Assembly (NCBI GenBank): GCA_028023455.1 | Contig: JAQFVV010000006.1 | Span: 1,550,001 to 1,614,000 of the forward strand | DNA length: 64,000 bases | From: Epiperipatus broadwayi | Taxonomy: Eukaryota; Animalia; Onychophora | Direction of reading: 5' to 3' | In this document: positions 14,078 to 27,315 of the stretch, piece after piece | How positions within the stretch are numbered: position 1 is the stretch's first letter | Layout of the letters: the number at the start of each line of letters is the position of its first letter | The notes under the pieces: model-generated | The model's database searches: none | What the model saw: the letters and a program-made list of their open reading frames with translations, nothing else | Told to the model about the DNA's origin: nothing | Position numbers and translations under genes: made by a program

Positions 14078-15097
14078 TATATATAATTTTTTTCTTTACT
14101 TATGTAACTTTTGATATCAAAATTTTTGTTTTATTTACAATAGTATTAATTCGCATGGTTAGTTGTTTGGAAAGTCATGTGATATTCAAACATCATAAGA
14201 ATTTCATTCAAATTGCCCAAACGTAGATTTTCTACTTTATTCAGGAATCTTTAGCCCCTTTGTCACTTTCATATGCTGGTCAAATCATAGGGGATATTTC
14301 GAATGAAAACTAAACATTTCTTGAGTTTTAGATTGAGATCTCTTTGGTTTTAAAATTTCATATCAAATAAGCACAGTTTAAGTGAAAGTAATAGATCCCC
14401 TATAAACCATGAATAAATAACACTCTTACATATCAGCAGTCGTAATTCCAAAATGAGTAATGCCATATTTAAATCTGGCTAAAATATAATTTCCGCTCTT
14501 AATTTCTGGCAATGTTAGCAAATAAAAGCTTATAAAGATCGAAAGCTAAACAAGTAGGTGAATTGACTATTTTTTATTGTTTGCTAACATATGAGTATTA
14601 TTTATTCGTAACTTAGAGGGCCATGTGGTTATTTCCATTTTAATTTTATATGCATTTAACTATGCTTATTTGATATTTACATTTACAAACTGATATTTGA
14701 TGACTATTATAGAAGTTGTTAAAAAAGAGATTCAATTTATTCTTTATTTGAAGTAGTAATTTCAGAATGAATCATGCCTTATTTAAATGGGCAAAGTTAG
14801 AAAAGTAAATCCGAGAAAGATTGAAAGCTGACAGATCTCTTTTCTGTGTAATTCGCTGATGTATAATAGTGTCCTTTATTCATCATCTGAGGGTGTCTGG
14901 TAATTTCTATTTGGATTTCATAAATTTATTTTCATATACATTTTACAAAAATAAAAACAGATTGAGTTTAAGGATTTTTATCAAGTTGGGAATTGTTTAT
15001 AAAATTTCTGTTTCTAAGAATAAAAATTCATTTCTTTGTTCTTTAATACAATGTTTTTTTAAAGTAATCTTTTATTTCACTAATAGTTTTGACTAAT

Positions 15098-15270
15098 CCA
15101 CGGACTTCGTCAGATCATTCGAAATTTGTTTGAACAAAATGTTTAAACAAATTTGTCAAGTTCTGATGAAGACCTATCGTCCAATCAGAATTGTTAATGA
15201 GATAAAATAAATGGATCAAAACAAATTTGGAAAGTTGTGATGAAGACTGTCAAGCAGTTGAAAGTGTTAA
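15098..15270. ncRNA. Degenerate Penelope-type HHR motifs (one inverted stub plus two plus-strand copies ~75 bp apart)
   Basis: CTGATGA-A-GAC-CTATC-GTC (15163) and GTGATGA-A-GACTG-TCAAG-CAGTT-GAAAG (15237); reverse stub GACTTCGTCAG at ~15102. Confidence 0.4.
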
Positions 15271-16196
15271 TGAAATATAATAAAAACATTATAAAAGCAA
15301 TGCACTAAAAGTGGCCAGAAGTGGATTTTTGGCTTTTTAAGTTTTTAGATAGTAATAATATAAATCGATAAATGTTTACAAAATTTTAATAACTTGTCAT
15401 GCAAAGTCAATTTAAAAGATTAGAATATTTTGTATACGAGGAAGCACATTGTTGGAGGCATGTGTAGGGCAAACCATAGAGAATGTAAGAAGATTTTTAA
15501 GGTTGTGATGTTAATTGGAAAGTGTGAATAGAAATTTTAAAGTTTATTGCAGGGATGCAGTTTTACAGCATAGGACAGCCAGCGAATACTGTGGATTATT
15601 GATTTATGTTATACATGAATAGTTTGTACTGATCCATTCATTTTTTATGAAGCCCAATGCATATTTTGTGGTTTGTCTTTGTTTTAAGTGTATGGAGGAT
15701 AACCATAATTTTGTGGATTTGATATAGGAATTTTTATACTAAGTTTTTTCAGATTAATCATACGATAGCCAAAGTTCTATCATTTAAGTAAAATAATAAT
15801 AATCGAATGGCTTTGTTGGACAAGAGTTCATAAGATTTTCAAGCATTGGAAGTTTTAGCACTAGAATCAATCCGATGACTTTACTCTCTAAGCAGGACTA
15901 AAATTATAATAATCGAATGCCTTATCATTTAAATGTGGAAAGTATTTGCATTAAATTCCAGGATTGGGACTTTACTTTGGTTCACAGAAATATCGCTTTA
16001 TTGAATGCTTAGTTGATTGAACACGTTATTGATGTGAGGCAGAAAGTTAAACTCCTAGCAGTTTTATTAATATATTTTAGATGTAAAAAATTGTTGCATT
16101 TTTATTTACCATTGTCAAACTCACTCCACTTACATCTTCGACACCATCCATCCCAGATAAATACAGTAATGATTAAACTTCATAGGGGAGATAGTT

Positions 16197-16247
16197 ACCT
16201 GGGCCAACTGATGAGTGCTTGTTCAGCACGAAATGCATCTTGGAGGT
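16197..16247 (+). ncRNA. Minimal type I hammerhead ribozyme, canonical core (family B)
   Basis: ACCU-GGG-CCAA CUGAUGA GUGCU-UGUUC-AGCAC GAA AUGC AUC/UUGG-AGGU: all conserved core nucleotides present, 5-bp stem II, stem I 4+4 bp with a bulge, palindromic helix III AUGCAU, predicted cleavage after C16239. Confidence 0.85.
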
Positions 16248-17526
16248 CATTTGTCTTTTATTGTATCTTTATTTATATGAATTTAAAAAGAATGGGGAAG
16301 TATGGAGGTTGTTTAATTTATATCTATAAATGTAAACAATTGTATATCCAGCAATTCATCTTTCTAGTGATGATAAAACAGCTTTTGTGGTATTGAAGGG
16401 TAAGTAACATGTCAGACCATTAAAAAAGTTAGGTAGCATTTCCAATGCGAACAGTTTTTTTTTAAAAAAATTATTTTCTTAATCCATTTTTTTCAGTTTA
16501 AAGCAGTGTCTAATTATCATGAGTCTCTTGTAATATTACTTATCTCTGCACTGATAAGGAATTGCGTATGTGTTTGTGGTCAGGCATATATCTATCCTTT
16601 AATTATACGTAGGCCAATCCAGAATTTCATTCTTTTTTTGTTTATCTGTAATCTATTTTTAACTTTTTATTCCGTTTTTTTTTCTACTTTTATGATTGCT
16701 AATGGTGATAATGATGTGATTTACTCCAAAAGATCAAAAGAGATCATACTGAGTTTAAATCTATCAAAGCTTTAGGAGAATCAGCAAAATGCATAATAAA
16801 CAAAAAGTTTAGACATCTCTGTAGATCATAGAGATTTGGCAATCAGTAGTGGTAGATATGGTCTTAGTTTTTCTATATAGTATGGTCAATGTAACCATGG
16901 CATTCGGATCCAGTCCCTTTGATGGGTGATGTAAATATATGGGCAACGCCTAATGTTATATAATGCTCATTTCAAACACCTCACCCCTACATATACATTG
17001 TAATGTAATGAACAGGTGTCATATGTACACATAAATGATTAAAAGAATACTTATGAAATCTTATCATACTTATAAAAGATTAATTCTTGGTATATGTGTG
17101 CAAATTAAATAAACTGCAGACCAAAATTGTATGCTGACTCGATTCACCCAACCATGCATATAAAAAATCTGAGTGGTTTTATCGACTAAAATCTTATGGA
17201 TTTACATTAATGAATATTCTTCTACAAATGGACTTGTACTATTTTTAGTAACTATTTATAAGAAAAAATCATCAAGATAATGTATTCCTACTAAATTAGG
17301 CATCCTTTTGACTACCTAATGTTTACTATAACGTAAATGCTTTGGACTTCCAGTCTTCATAAAACATGATTAGATGTATCTAATTCTATTATCAAAGTTA
17401 AATGCATAGTGGGTACTATACTCTTTTCTCTTTGGTCGCTCACAAGCATGATGGTCAAATTATTTGTTTATCCATGCACAGATGTCCCCCTTTCCCCCAT
17501 TTTGATTAAAACATTTAGTTTATTAA

Positions 17527-18294
17527 TTCTTCAACCGCCTCTTACGAGGCATCTTGTTGACATCTGACGTCACTCTAACTCTGCTAGTTCTTATGCTAAA
17601 ATATTCGTTTGACAGGTATTGATTAGGTTTTTAAAAGTTCTGTAAGATGGTGCCCTCTTCCGAATTATTTTACAAGTAAAAAATCAAAAAAACCGCATTT
17701 TAAACTAAACAAAGAAAGAACCTTGTCAGTAATTGGTTGTCAGCCAGCTCTCAGCCGAAAAAGACATTCTGATTGGCTGGAAAGAACAAAGAAACCGCCT
17801 GATCAAAGAAAATAAAGAAAAACGCTGAGATTTTCATTTCGAATGCAATTTAAGTATTAAAAAAATATAATTTGAGAAATTAAACTAGTTTTTTAAAAAA
17901 TATACCAAAAAAACAAAATTATTTTCGAAAAATATTGAAGATTTTAGTAAAAATATTTAAGATTTAGCAAAAAGAAATCTTTACTTTTCCATAACGTAAA
18001 ATTGAAAAAAAGCGTTTGCGTCAGCACTTTTTTGTTTAGACATTCGCTTTATATTTGCCGAAATTGAATATATTTTATAATAAATAAATAGCAATTTATT
18101 TTTGAAAGAACTTTTGTTCTCTTTCATAACCTGAAAAATTAGTAATATACTTTTTATAAACGTATCTGAGTTGAATTTAATATTATAGGCGAATATGTTT
18201 TAACAATAGGCTTTGTCTTCAGTTTGTGAGTTGGCCAATTAAAAGATTTGATTTTTACCTCATACAACCAATAATATAATTAGCGGTTAAAGGG
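17527..18294. mobile_element. piggyBac-type MITE
   Basis: TTAA on both sides (17523-17526, 18295-18298); ends TTCTTCAACCGC (degenerate) / GCGGTTAAAGGG; non-coding. Confidence 0.6.
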
Positions 18295-18483
18295 TTAAGT
18301 GGTCTCATTTGGACATTGGAGTTCATAATTAAAGTCAACTTATTTATAAGATAAACAGAACAAATAATGAGTTTACCTCATTTTCTACAACTTTGTATTT
18401 GAATTGTCCTTGGGAGTTTGTTTAGTATCATTAATGCTTTTATTAAAAAAGGCATATGCTTTATTGCATGGGTCTTCATAAGA

Positions 18484-18557
18484 AGTTCGAGTGTTGGAAT
18501 TGATCTTGGGATCTCCCAGTCCTAAGTCTGATGCTCTACCAACTACAGCAGACCATA
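18484..18557 (-). pseudogene. Degenerate tRNA(Lys)-like sequence or SINE head
   Basis: Minus strand GTAGTTGGTAGAGCATCAGACTTAGGACTGGGAGATCCCAAGATCAATTCC resembles the tRNA-Lys D and anticodon arms; T-loop and acceptor stem are broken. Confidence 0.4.
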
Positions 18558-20194
18558 CTGGCCTTTTTTAAAATGATGTTTAATTACCAATATGATTGAA
18601 ATAGAAACATTAAGATATCAGTAGATGCTTATGGCTGTGAATAATTCATATAGTTCGTGTGGATGCATAACTGTTTGTTTTTAATCAAATGCCCATCCAA
18701 ATACTATTTGTAGGTAAATGGATGTCCGCCATTTTTAGTGTGGAGACAAAATTTTATGGAATATACTACTCAGCAATAGGAATGCCTGGTAATTTTTCCT
18801 ACTTCATGGTTTCTCTATAGGATATTATTGGAAAAGCCCTTGTTCTAAAATGGGCTCTTTCTTGTCTCGCCCAAGTGTCAGATCAGATATTTTTTTATTT
18901 AATTGAAGTTGCAATTTTCATAACAAATTTGTGTTTACGTTGTATTAAAATATCTTTATTACTATATAAATGTGAAAGTTTGTTTGTGACTTTATAATTC
19001 AACAAATATTGCATTAATCTTGGTCTTTTTCACATCTTTTTTTATATAGAATTTTACTAGCATGTATATTTTTGCTTTAATTGTTTTTTAAAAAATGTAA
19101 TTTGCAATATAAAAATTTATGGGAAATCTGTATTGCAATTGTTTTTGAATTTCATAAAAAAACCCAAAAGAGGGCAGCACTGATTAAAAGATTACAGAGT
19201 TGGGAAATTTTTAAAATGAAAAGTATTGTTTTTGGTAAAGCAAGGTAACATTTGGTATTGTAAATATATTTTAAATTAATTAAATTGTGTTAAAACCATG
19301 TATTTAATTTCTCATTTGAATAATGACAATTTAGTTCAGTTATAATAATGAATTTGATAAGCTTTGAGGATTTCAATTTAAATATATATTTAATTTAATA
19401 AAATTTACAATGGTACTGGTACCATAAGAAAAATACTAGTGAATTTGATAAACTTTTAGGATATTAGTTTAAATATATTTAAGTCATGAAAAGTAAATTT
19501 TAAAATGCCACAATGCAGCAAGAGAAATATCGACTTTGATAAACTTTTACCATTTCTTTTTAAATATATTTTCATGAGATAAAGTAAGATGTTACTTGCC
19601 TGCGTATTGAAATACACACTAAGGAAATGAAGTGGTATTTTTGATAATCCAGGTAAAATTTTATTGAATAAATATATTTTAAATTGTTTAAATTTTGTTT
19701 GGACTATATATTACAGTGATAAACTGTTATAGCCATTGTAAAAATTATCATATGAGAAATATAAAGTAATTTATTTTAAAATTATTGTATTTAATAAAAC
19801 TACATTTTCTGCGATACTGCTGTTGATAATTATTTCATGTAAATATTATTTACTTATCTTTTAATTATCAAACTTTATACTAACACAAGAGAACAGTTAA
19901 AGAGATGGAGAGGGTAAAAACATTATTTGATATTCAAGATATCAAAAATTGAAAATGCAATATATAAATATATTTTAATTATCAAACTTTCTATTAATAT
20001 GAGGATATAACTAGAGTTTGAAAATGGAATATGTAAATATATTTTAATTACCAAACTGCCTAATAATGGTGATGGGACAGCAAGAGGAATGGAGAGAATT
20101 AGTGAGGAAAATTTTTATTTAGTATTCAATCCATCAAAAATTAGAAATGGAATTTAAATAATAAAACATTAAAAATTTTTTACTGCTCAGAATA

Positions 20195-21640
20195 TATTCT
20201 TATGTATATATAATATTTAAATACATATGTATTGTCTGTACTAAACTTAAGGTCATTATAAGGGACTTGAATTCAGACTTTCAAACTTCCTACAGCAATC
20301 CAATCTATCTTATATAATTGATACACATGACCACATGCATATGAAAAAGATAAATGATCTCCAAGATCCGTATTTTGTGCTGAATCAGCACTCATCAGTT
20401 GGTCCAGATCACCATATACCACACACATATATAATCAGTGCTCATTTTATATTAAGATAGCAAATCTTCCAACTTTAATGAACAAACATTAATCTTCTCC
20501 ACTCTAATTCTTCAGCCATCCATATTGAAAATTTGAGAATGGAAATGCTTAAAGTCCTTGTTGATGCCAATAGTGTCATACTTATGTTGACCTTAAGCCA
20601 ATATGACCCTTTACCCATAGAACCTTAATATGTCCATTTAATTATAAAGAAGAGGGATGGGCAGAGTGCAGGGTAAATATGTAATATTTAAATACATGCA
20701 TATTGTCTATACTAATTAATGCAATTATGAGGGACTTGAATTCAGACTTTCAAACTTTCTACAGCAATCCAATCTATCTTATACAATGGATACACATGAT
20801 CACATGCATGTGAAAAAAATAAATTATCTTCAATATGCGTATTTTGTGCTGAACCAGTGCTTATCAGTTGGTCCAGATCACCATATCCCCCACATATATA
20901 CAATCAGTGCTCAGTTTATATTAAGATAGCAAATCTTCAAACTTTAATAGACAAGCTTCAATCTTCTCCACTTTCCAACTCTTCAGCCATTCATATCATT
21001 GAAAATCTGAGGATGAAATGCTCAAAGCCCTTGATGCCAATATTATCACCATGCCCATGTTGACCTTAAGTTAATCTGACTCCTCACACATAGGACCTTG
21101 ATATGTCCACTTAATTATACAGAATAGAGATGAGCAGAATACAGCTAAATATGTAATATTTAAATACATGTATATTGTTTATACTAAATTTAATGTAATT
21201 ATAAGGGACCTGAACTCAGACTTTCAAACTCTCTACAGCTATCCAATCCATTTTACACAATTGATACACATGACCACATGAATGTGAAAAAGATAAATGA
21301 TCTTCAATATTTGTATTTCATGCTGAACCAGAGCTTTGAGCATTCCATTCTCAGATTTTCAATGATATGGATTGTTGAAGAATTGGAGAGTGGAGAAGAT
21401 TGAAGCTTGTTGACTAAAGTTTGAAGATTTGTTATCTTAATATAAACTGTGCACTGAACGTATATATGTGTGGGTGGCAGTGATTTGGATTAATTGATGA
21501 GTGCTGGTTAAGCAAAAAATATGTATATTGGAGATCATTTGTTTTTTTTACATGTATGTAGTCATATGTATCATTTGTATAAGATGGATCAGATAGCTGT
21601 AGGGAGCTTGAAAGTCTGAGTTCAAGTACCTTATAATATA
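20195..21640. mobile_element. Family B retrozyme-like array: ~2.4 tandem ~470-bp monomers (minus) plus an inverted partial monomer (plus)
   Basis: GGGACTTGAATTCAGAC-like anchor at 20262, 20731, 21205 (periods 469 and 474); each unit carries an HHR homologous to 16197-16247; no ORF. Confidence 0.85.
20356..20410 (-). ncRNA. Family B HHR, near-intact (G12A)
   Basis: GAUCU-GGA-CCAA CUGAUGA GUGCUG-AUU-CAGCAC AAAA UACGG AUC/UUGG-AGAUC; further degenerate copies at 20825-20879 (-), 21299-21330 (-, truncated but keeps GAAA) and 21482-21536 (+). Confidence 0.75.
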
Positions 21641-22309
21641 TATATAAATTAGAAATATGTTTAATGCTCAACTGCATTTATATTCTATTATTTTTATTAT
21701 TCTACTATTGGGTATGAAGCCATGGGTGGCTTTGCTCCTATTAGTAAAATAAAACAATGTAATGTTGTTGATAATTAAAATATATTTACATAATATTTAC
21801 GTCAAATAATACACAAGTTATAGCAGTTAAAAATGATCTACAACATTGTTTATAAAAATGTGTTATGATAGTTATTTTTATCTGCTGTTGACGTCTCATG
21901 TATTATTATTATCAGCTACGTTACATTCTTTTAATGTAATAAAGTGACCAAAGTTGTGGGTATAGCTAGTACGTTCTCTTAAATTAAATGAACCATAAAA
22001 ATCATTAAAGCAATAAAAATATAATTATTATAAAATAAAAAGTAAAGAATTTAATTATTTTTAATTCGTTGCAACACTACATTGAGTCAGGACTACAATC
22101 TGGTTTGGAATATAATTGGCTATATGTAACATGGTTTTACAATCATTTGACGGCATAGTCTGGAACTAAATTTTCTCATTGATATTAGTTTTAATCAAAA
22201 TACATAGATGTCAGCATCTATCAGTCAATAATCAATTTACGAAGACCAACCAATGTAGCTTTAAGAAAAGTAATCGATATATATGTTCAACTTTGGCTTT
22301 TAGGAAATT

Positions 22310-22720
22310 AACATTAGCTTTTGTGAAATTGAAAAATTCAATTTCACACATTAGTTACTTATTTTTGTGAAATTAAATTATTTGTTTTTTAATAAGTATA
22401 TGATATACACATTCAGCTTTTATTTGATAGTAGTTGCTGTTTAGTAGAAGATTAATTAACTGAAAATTGTGAAATTGAAAAATTCAATTCAGCAGACCCA
22501 AAGGAAAGATATCTAACTGATATAGGAAGATAAACATATTGTCTTCTCATTAAGGATACTGTATTAATGAAAATACATTGAATTAATCCACAACTAAATT
22601 TCTAGATTACTTATTTTTGTGGAATTAAATTATTTGTTTTTTAGTAAGTATGTGATATTTACATTCAGCTTTTATTTGAAAATAGTTGCTTTTTAGTAGA
22701 TTAATCAACTGAAAATTTAC
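22310..22720. repeat. Local direct duplication (~130 bp, two copies)
   Basis: TTACTTATTTTTGTG(A/G)AATTAAATTATTTGTTTTT...CATTCAGCTTTTATTTGA...AACTGAAAATT present at ~22355 and ~22608. Confidence 0.7.
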
Positions 22721-23052
22721 AAATGACAAACAGGAAATGTCTATTGTTGTAAAGAAATACCCACTTCCAAGAATGTTTCTATTAGTTTTTGCTGTTTTTA
22801 TTTTGTAGTTATATATGAAATTGTGATATTTTAAAAAAATGTTATTGATTGACTGTATCTTTCACTAAAATTAATTTTACTTTTAGAAATTTACCGGAGA
22901 AAAAAAAATTCCTTTAAAATAAAAACGAAGTCTTTTAACTTGATTATTTATTTCTGATTATTAATCTTTTTCATTATTTGCAAAATTGATATATTGTTTT
23001 TAAAACTACTTTTCATTTTTCAAAACTGTTTCAATTCTTTGCAGAAAGGTTT

Positions 23053-23470
23053 CTAGCTGTTTAGTTGACACCTTTGATTACTTATCCCATCACTAAGACA
23101 GTATTCAACATAATGTTTTGTTTGCATGACACTTTTTTGGAGCAATACTTCATCAGAAAACATTTTGAAGAATCTCAAATCTTCACCATCTGGACGTATA
23201 CTCACGCTTATGCTTGGTTTTTCACTGAAGGGAAATGTTGGCGGTGGTGGAGGGATATTTTTTATTTCTATTTTTTTTCCATAACTCAATCCTGTCCTCA
23301 TTCTTAAAATCATTCTCATTACTGCTACTTGGTTTTTCATCCATGCTCAGAAACCATGGATTATTGGAGCTACTCATATTCTTTACACCAACAGTTATAA
23401 TTAGATTTGCAGTCATGATGGTCGGAGCTGGGACTAGGCATGTTCATGTTGTCCATTGTGTGTAACATAT
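23053..23470 (-). mobile_element. piggyBac-like transposase N-terminal relic
   Basis: Acidic/Ser-rich stretch, then PPPTFPFSEKPSISVSIRPDGEDLRFFKMFSDEVLLQKSVMQTKHY, resembling the PGBD motif PF.G.PG.......P..FF.LFF.D.....IV.QTN.YA; frameshifted. Confidence 0.55.
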
Positions 23471-25323
23471 ACAAAAATCCGATTTACTAACGCAATGAAT
23501 TAATATGTACGCATTAGAAATATGAACATTTTAATGCTAACAGATATAAAAACTAAATTTCGCACGAATTAACTAATATATAAATGAAATATGAACATTT
23601 TGAAATAGTTCAATATATAAAATAGAGAGAAAATTATCTCAACATACTAAATTGTATATTTGAAATTTTACTGGTTTGAAATAGCTTGACATATATATAT
23701 ATATGAAATAATTTGTTGTGCGAAATATTTAGATGTAATATTTATTTTTAAATATAATTAAATAGCCCTCTAGTGTTAGAAAATGACAATACTTTTTTAT
23801 AATTAAAAAGATCTCTTTAACTTTGTTCTCCTTCATATATCAGGAGGATTGTCTACAATGCTTTTGTTAGAAGACATGAATTTATTTAATCAATCAGAAA
23901 TTTATTGCTAAATGTTTTTATACCCGATTGGCATATATATTTTATTTATTACATTTTATTAGAATTTAAATTATCATTGATAAGATTAAAGGTGAAAGTA
24001 ATTTTATTCTTGCCAAATATATGTCAGTCAAATGTAAAAACATTTAGCAATAAGTTCTGATTGGTTAAATAAATTCACACCTTCTAAAAAAATCATTATC
24101 ACAAGCCTGATATATGGAGGACAAAGTTAAAGTATTTTTTTATGTATTGCCACTTTCTGAAACTAGAGGGCTATTTAATTATATTTAAAAATAAACAGTT
24201 GCATTGACTTAATATCAAAAACGTTATATATAGTAAAATTCTAGTGGTTCAACATATCTCAGTGTATATATAATTGAAATTCTAAAGCTTTGAAGTATCT
24301 TTGGCAATACTACCAAATAAAATAAACTGAAAACATTTTATATTATAGTAAGCAAAACAAAAATTAAACTGACTATATAAAAAACCATGACTTTGAAGCA
24401 CAAATCTTGATTCTTCTAAAGTGTAGAACAAAATGGAAGTTTTTTTTTTATTACTTTCCCATATTACTTTGAGAAAAAGCATGAAAATCAAGATTGCTTT
24501 CTGATTATCAGTGACACCTATTGGAAAAATACTGAAATAACAAATTATTATATACAGATTAATGAATAACCTTTAAGAATATTGAGATTTGGGTTAAATA
24601 TTAGGAGATAAAAACACAAAATTTTCATGGATGCTAACTGTTAAAGGGGAGTGTACTACTACTCACCCCACCAGAGAGAGGGCATGGCAGAAAAGTGAAG
24701 ATTTAAGAAGTATAATAATTAATATCTGTACTTATCCCCCCAAATATCCTTCAATTGCTGTAAATATTCTGTTTACTATAAATTTTTTGTAGTTTTTTTC
24801 TCATTAGCTTTTACAAAACAAATTCTAAAAACATACTATGTAATTTACAAAGTTATGGCTTTCATCATCTTGACAGGAAATAAAATTCTCTAATAAATGA
24901 TATGACATAAATGTATAACACAAACTCAAAAAAGGATTCACATTATTTGCCCACTGGCTGCCAATATCTTAAAGCTTATTCCACCTTTGTGCATTTACAA
25001 AAACCTTTTTTGCTTTTAGAAAATATCTATAAATTCTGTATTCTATTTTTATTAAACTTATTCATCAATCACCCACGTACTTGAATCAATAGATGTAATA
25101 TTTTATTTATTTTGTAGTAAAATAATGTTAGTTGTTCTAAAGTTATTATTTTTTTGATTTAAATATTGTATAAATATGGTAGTACAGTGACAACAGTTAC
25201 TTGTCCTTTGTATACATTACTTAGTATAATTACTGTTTCTTTTTATTCTCATTGCTTACATTAAATATATCTCTAAAAATTCACTGCTTTGCGCTTTTCA
25301 TAATACTTTATTAAATTATGTGC

Positions 25324-25354
25324 TAGTTTCGACTGTCTGACTGTCTTCTTCAGT
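25324..25354 (-). ncRNA. Degenerate Penelope-type HHR motif
   Basis: CTGAAGA-A-GAC-AGTCAGACA-GTC-GAAAC-TAGC. Confidence 0.4.
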
Positions 25355-25814
25355 TTTGATGAAGATTTAGTTTTATTTTGCATTGCAACATTCCCCCCAC
25401 CCCATCCCATCTCTTAGTGGCAATTTGAGTTAATAGTTCAACATTTTAATTTTAGTATTAACACTTCTATTCACTATTACGAATACATAAACTGGGCATG
25501 ATTTGTTAGAAATATAAGTTTGCAAACAAAAACACATCCTAACAAATCATACTTGAACTTTTAGAAATAAAATTATAAAGTGACGTATCTAATGGGAATT
25601 ATTATTTGTTTCTTATTGGATGATTAGTCTAATGATATTGAAAAAAATAAATTAACGAACTATTATTAAGTTATAAAGCGATGAAATTCTGTTCTAAAAT
25701 TTAAAATTGCATTTATAATTATTAAAATATCACAAAAGTTATTTACTATGACGTTTGATGGAACAAAATGATGGTAGTTTTCTTTTTATTGTTATTTCAA
25801 ATTTCTTAGTTACA

Positions 25815-25945
25815 AAAAATCAAGTCAGATGTCACATGACCTAATTTAATAAGCTTGTATTTACAAATGTTATATATAGAGCTCACAAAATTAGCTCGCA
25901 AAGCTTGTTAAGAGTTTATTTTGCGAGCTCTATATATAAAATTTC
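25815..25945. repeat. Family D fold-back fragment (no HHR core)
   Basis: Homologous to the arms of 49720-49935 (GCAAAGCTTGTTAAGAG(C/T)TTATTT..., GTCAGATGTCACATGAC). Confidence 0.6.
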
Positions 25946-26924
25946 TTAGTTGTATTTTTAAAAATAAACATAATTTAAAAAACAAATCTACATATAAACA
26001 TTAATATATATATATATTAATAATTATATAAAAAAATATAAAAGTAATCATAATATTTAAATAAATTATGGAAAATATGTATTATTTTTTGCTCATTGTT
26101 AACAACAATTAAAGAGGAATTTACAAGATTCTTTATGCACCCAAAATCAAATAATCTACCAATTAGCAATGCTCTAACCTTTTTTTAACTCATTTATGTT
26201 TATTTTGGCAGATTTCTGATATTTGAATATTTTTTAAAATTAAATCAATATTTATACTTTAGTTTTTACCATCAAATAAATGTGGAACTGATAAAATGGC
26301 TCTAAAGATAGCCATAAGAAAATGATTTAAAGTTAAAGCACAGATCATCATAATACTTCATAATATCACACAGCCGAGTGTCAGTTTGTTAAATTGTATA
26401 TTATTTTTATTGTATATAATTTTTTTTAAAACTATCTTTGGACATAGTGCAAAGAAAAAAAATAACTTAGAATAACTAGCTTTTTTTTTAAAAAAATTTT
26501 TTTTTATAAAATTTATGGTAAAATATTTTTGGAATATTTGGATATAATTTTATCACAGCTTTGTCGCAAAAATTCATTAAAAAAAAAGATACCACATGAA
26601 ATAAGTGTTTTTGATGATTTTTTTTTTTTTTGGAAAGAAAACACAAATTTTTTCAAGAATTTCAACCATTCACATTCAATTTGCTATGCTTTTTGCTTTT
26701 CTGAATATAATTGCCATTTTATTTTATATTAAATGGGGGGAAATTTTTTTTTGTTATTATTGTAAGAGATTAATCACTGGATGAGCAACTCCTTTTTTCG
26801 TAACATTGATTGTTTTTTTGTTTTTGACTAAACTTTATAAAACACTAAATTATCATTGATTTAATTTATGGATCAAATCGTTGGCTTCGTTAACTGATTA
26901 TATATACAAACTTCTTTATGTTAA

Positions 26925-27315
26925 ACCACTAAACATCACATGATCACCATCTCTTATACTAGCACATAATTGTTATTAAACAAGGCAAAAATCTCCACAC
27001 AGTAGTGCCACCCTGTGCCAACCAGAGTAATCAATGAATGCCAGAAGGCTTGTGCATAAAATCCCTATCTAGTGCCTATTCATCCAATATTCCCAGACTA
27101 GTTTCTGGCTTATGGCCTTCATCAGTGAGGAGCCTTGGATCTGAGAGCACTGCACCTAGCTCCTCACTGATGAAGGCCACAAGCCAGAAACTAGTCTGGG
27201 GATATTGGATGAGTAGGCACTAGATAGGGATTTTATGCACAAGCCTTTTGGCATCCATTGATAACTTTAGTTGGCACAGGGTTGCACTACTGTATGAAGA
27301 GTTTTGCCTTGTTTA
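26925..27315. mobile_element. Family A fold-back carrying two head-to-head HHRs
   Basis: ~170-bp inverted arms (about 26980-27131 and 27159-27315) with few mismatches; HHR on each strand. Confidence 0.85.
27082..27140 (-). ncRNA. Family A minimal type I HHR, atypical A.A at the base of stem II
   Basis: AUCCAA-GGC-UCCUCA CUGAUGA A-GGC-CAUAA-GCC-A GAA ACUA GUC/UGGGAA-UA-UUGGAU; mirror copy on plus at 27159-27210 has UCCUCA/UGGGGA. Confidence 0.7.

Noticed and set aside
14815-14850. GAAAGCTGACAGATCTC as the DEADRLL motif of DDX55
   Set aside because: Frame and flanking residues do not fit, and there are no usable splice sites.
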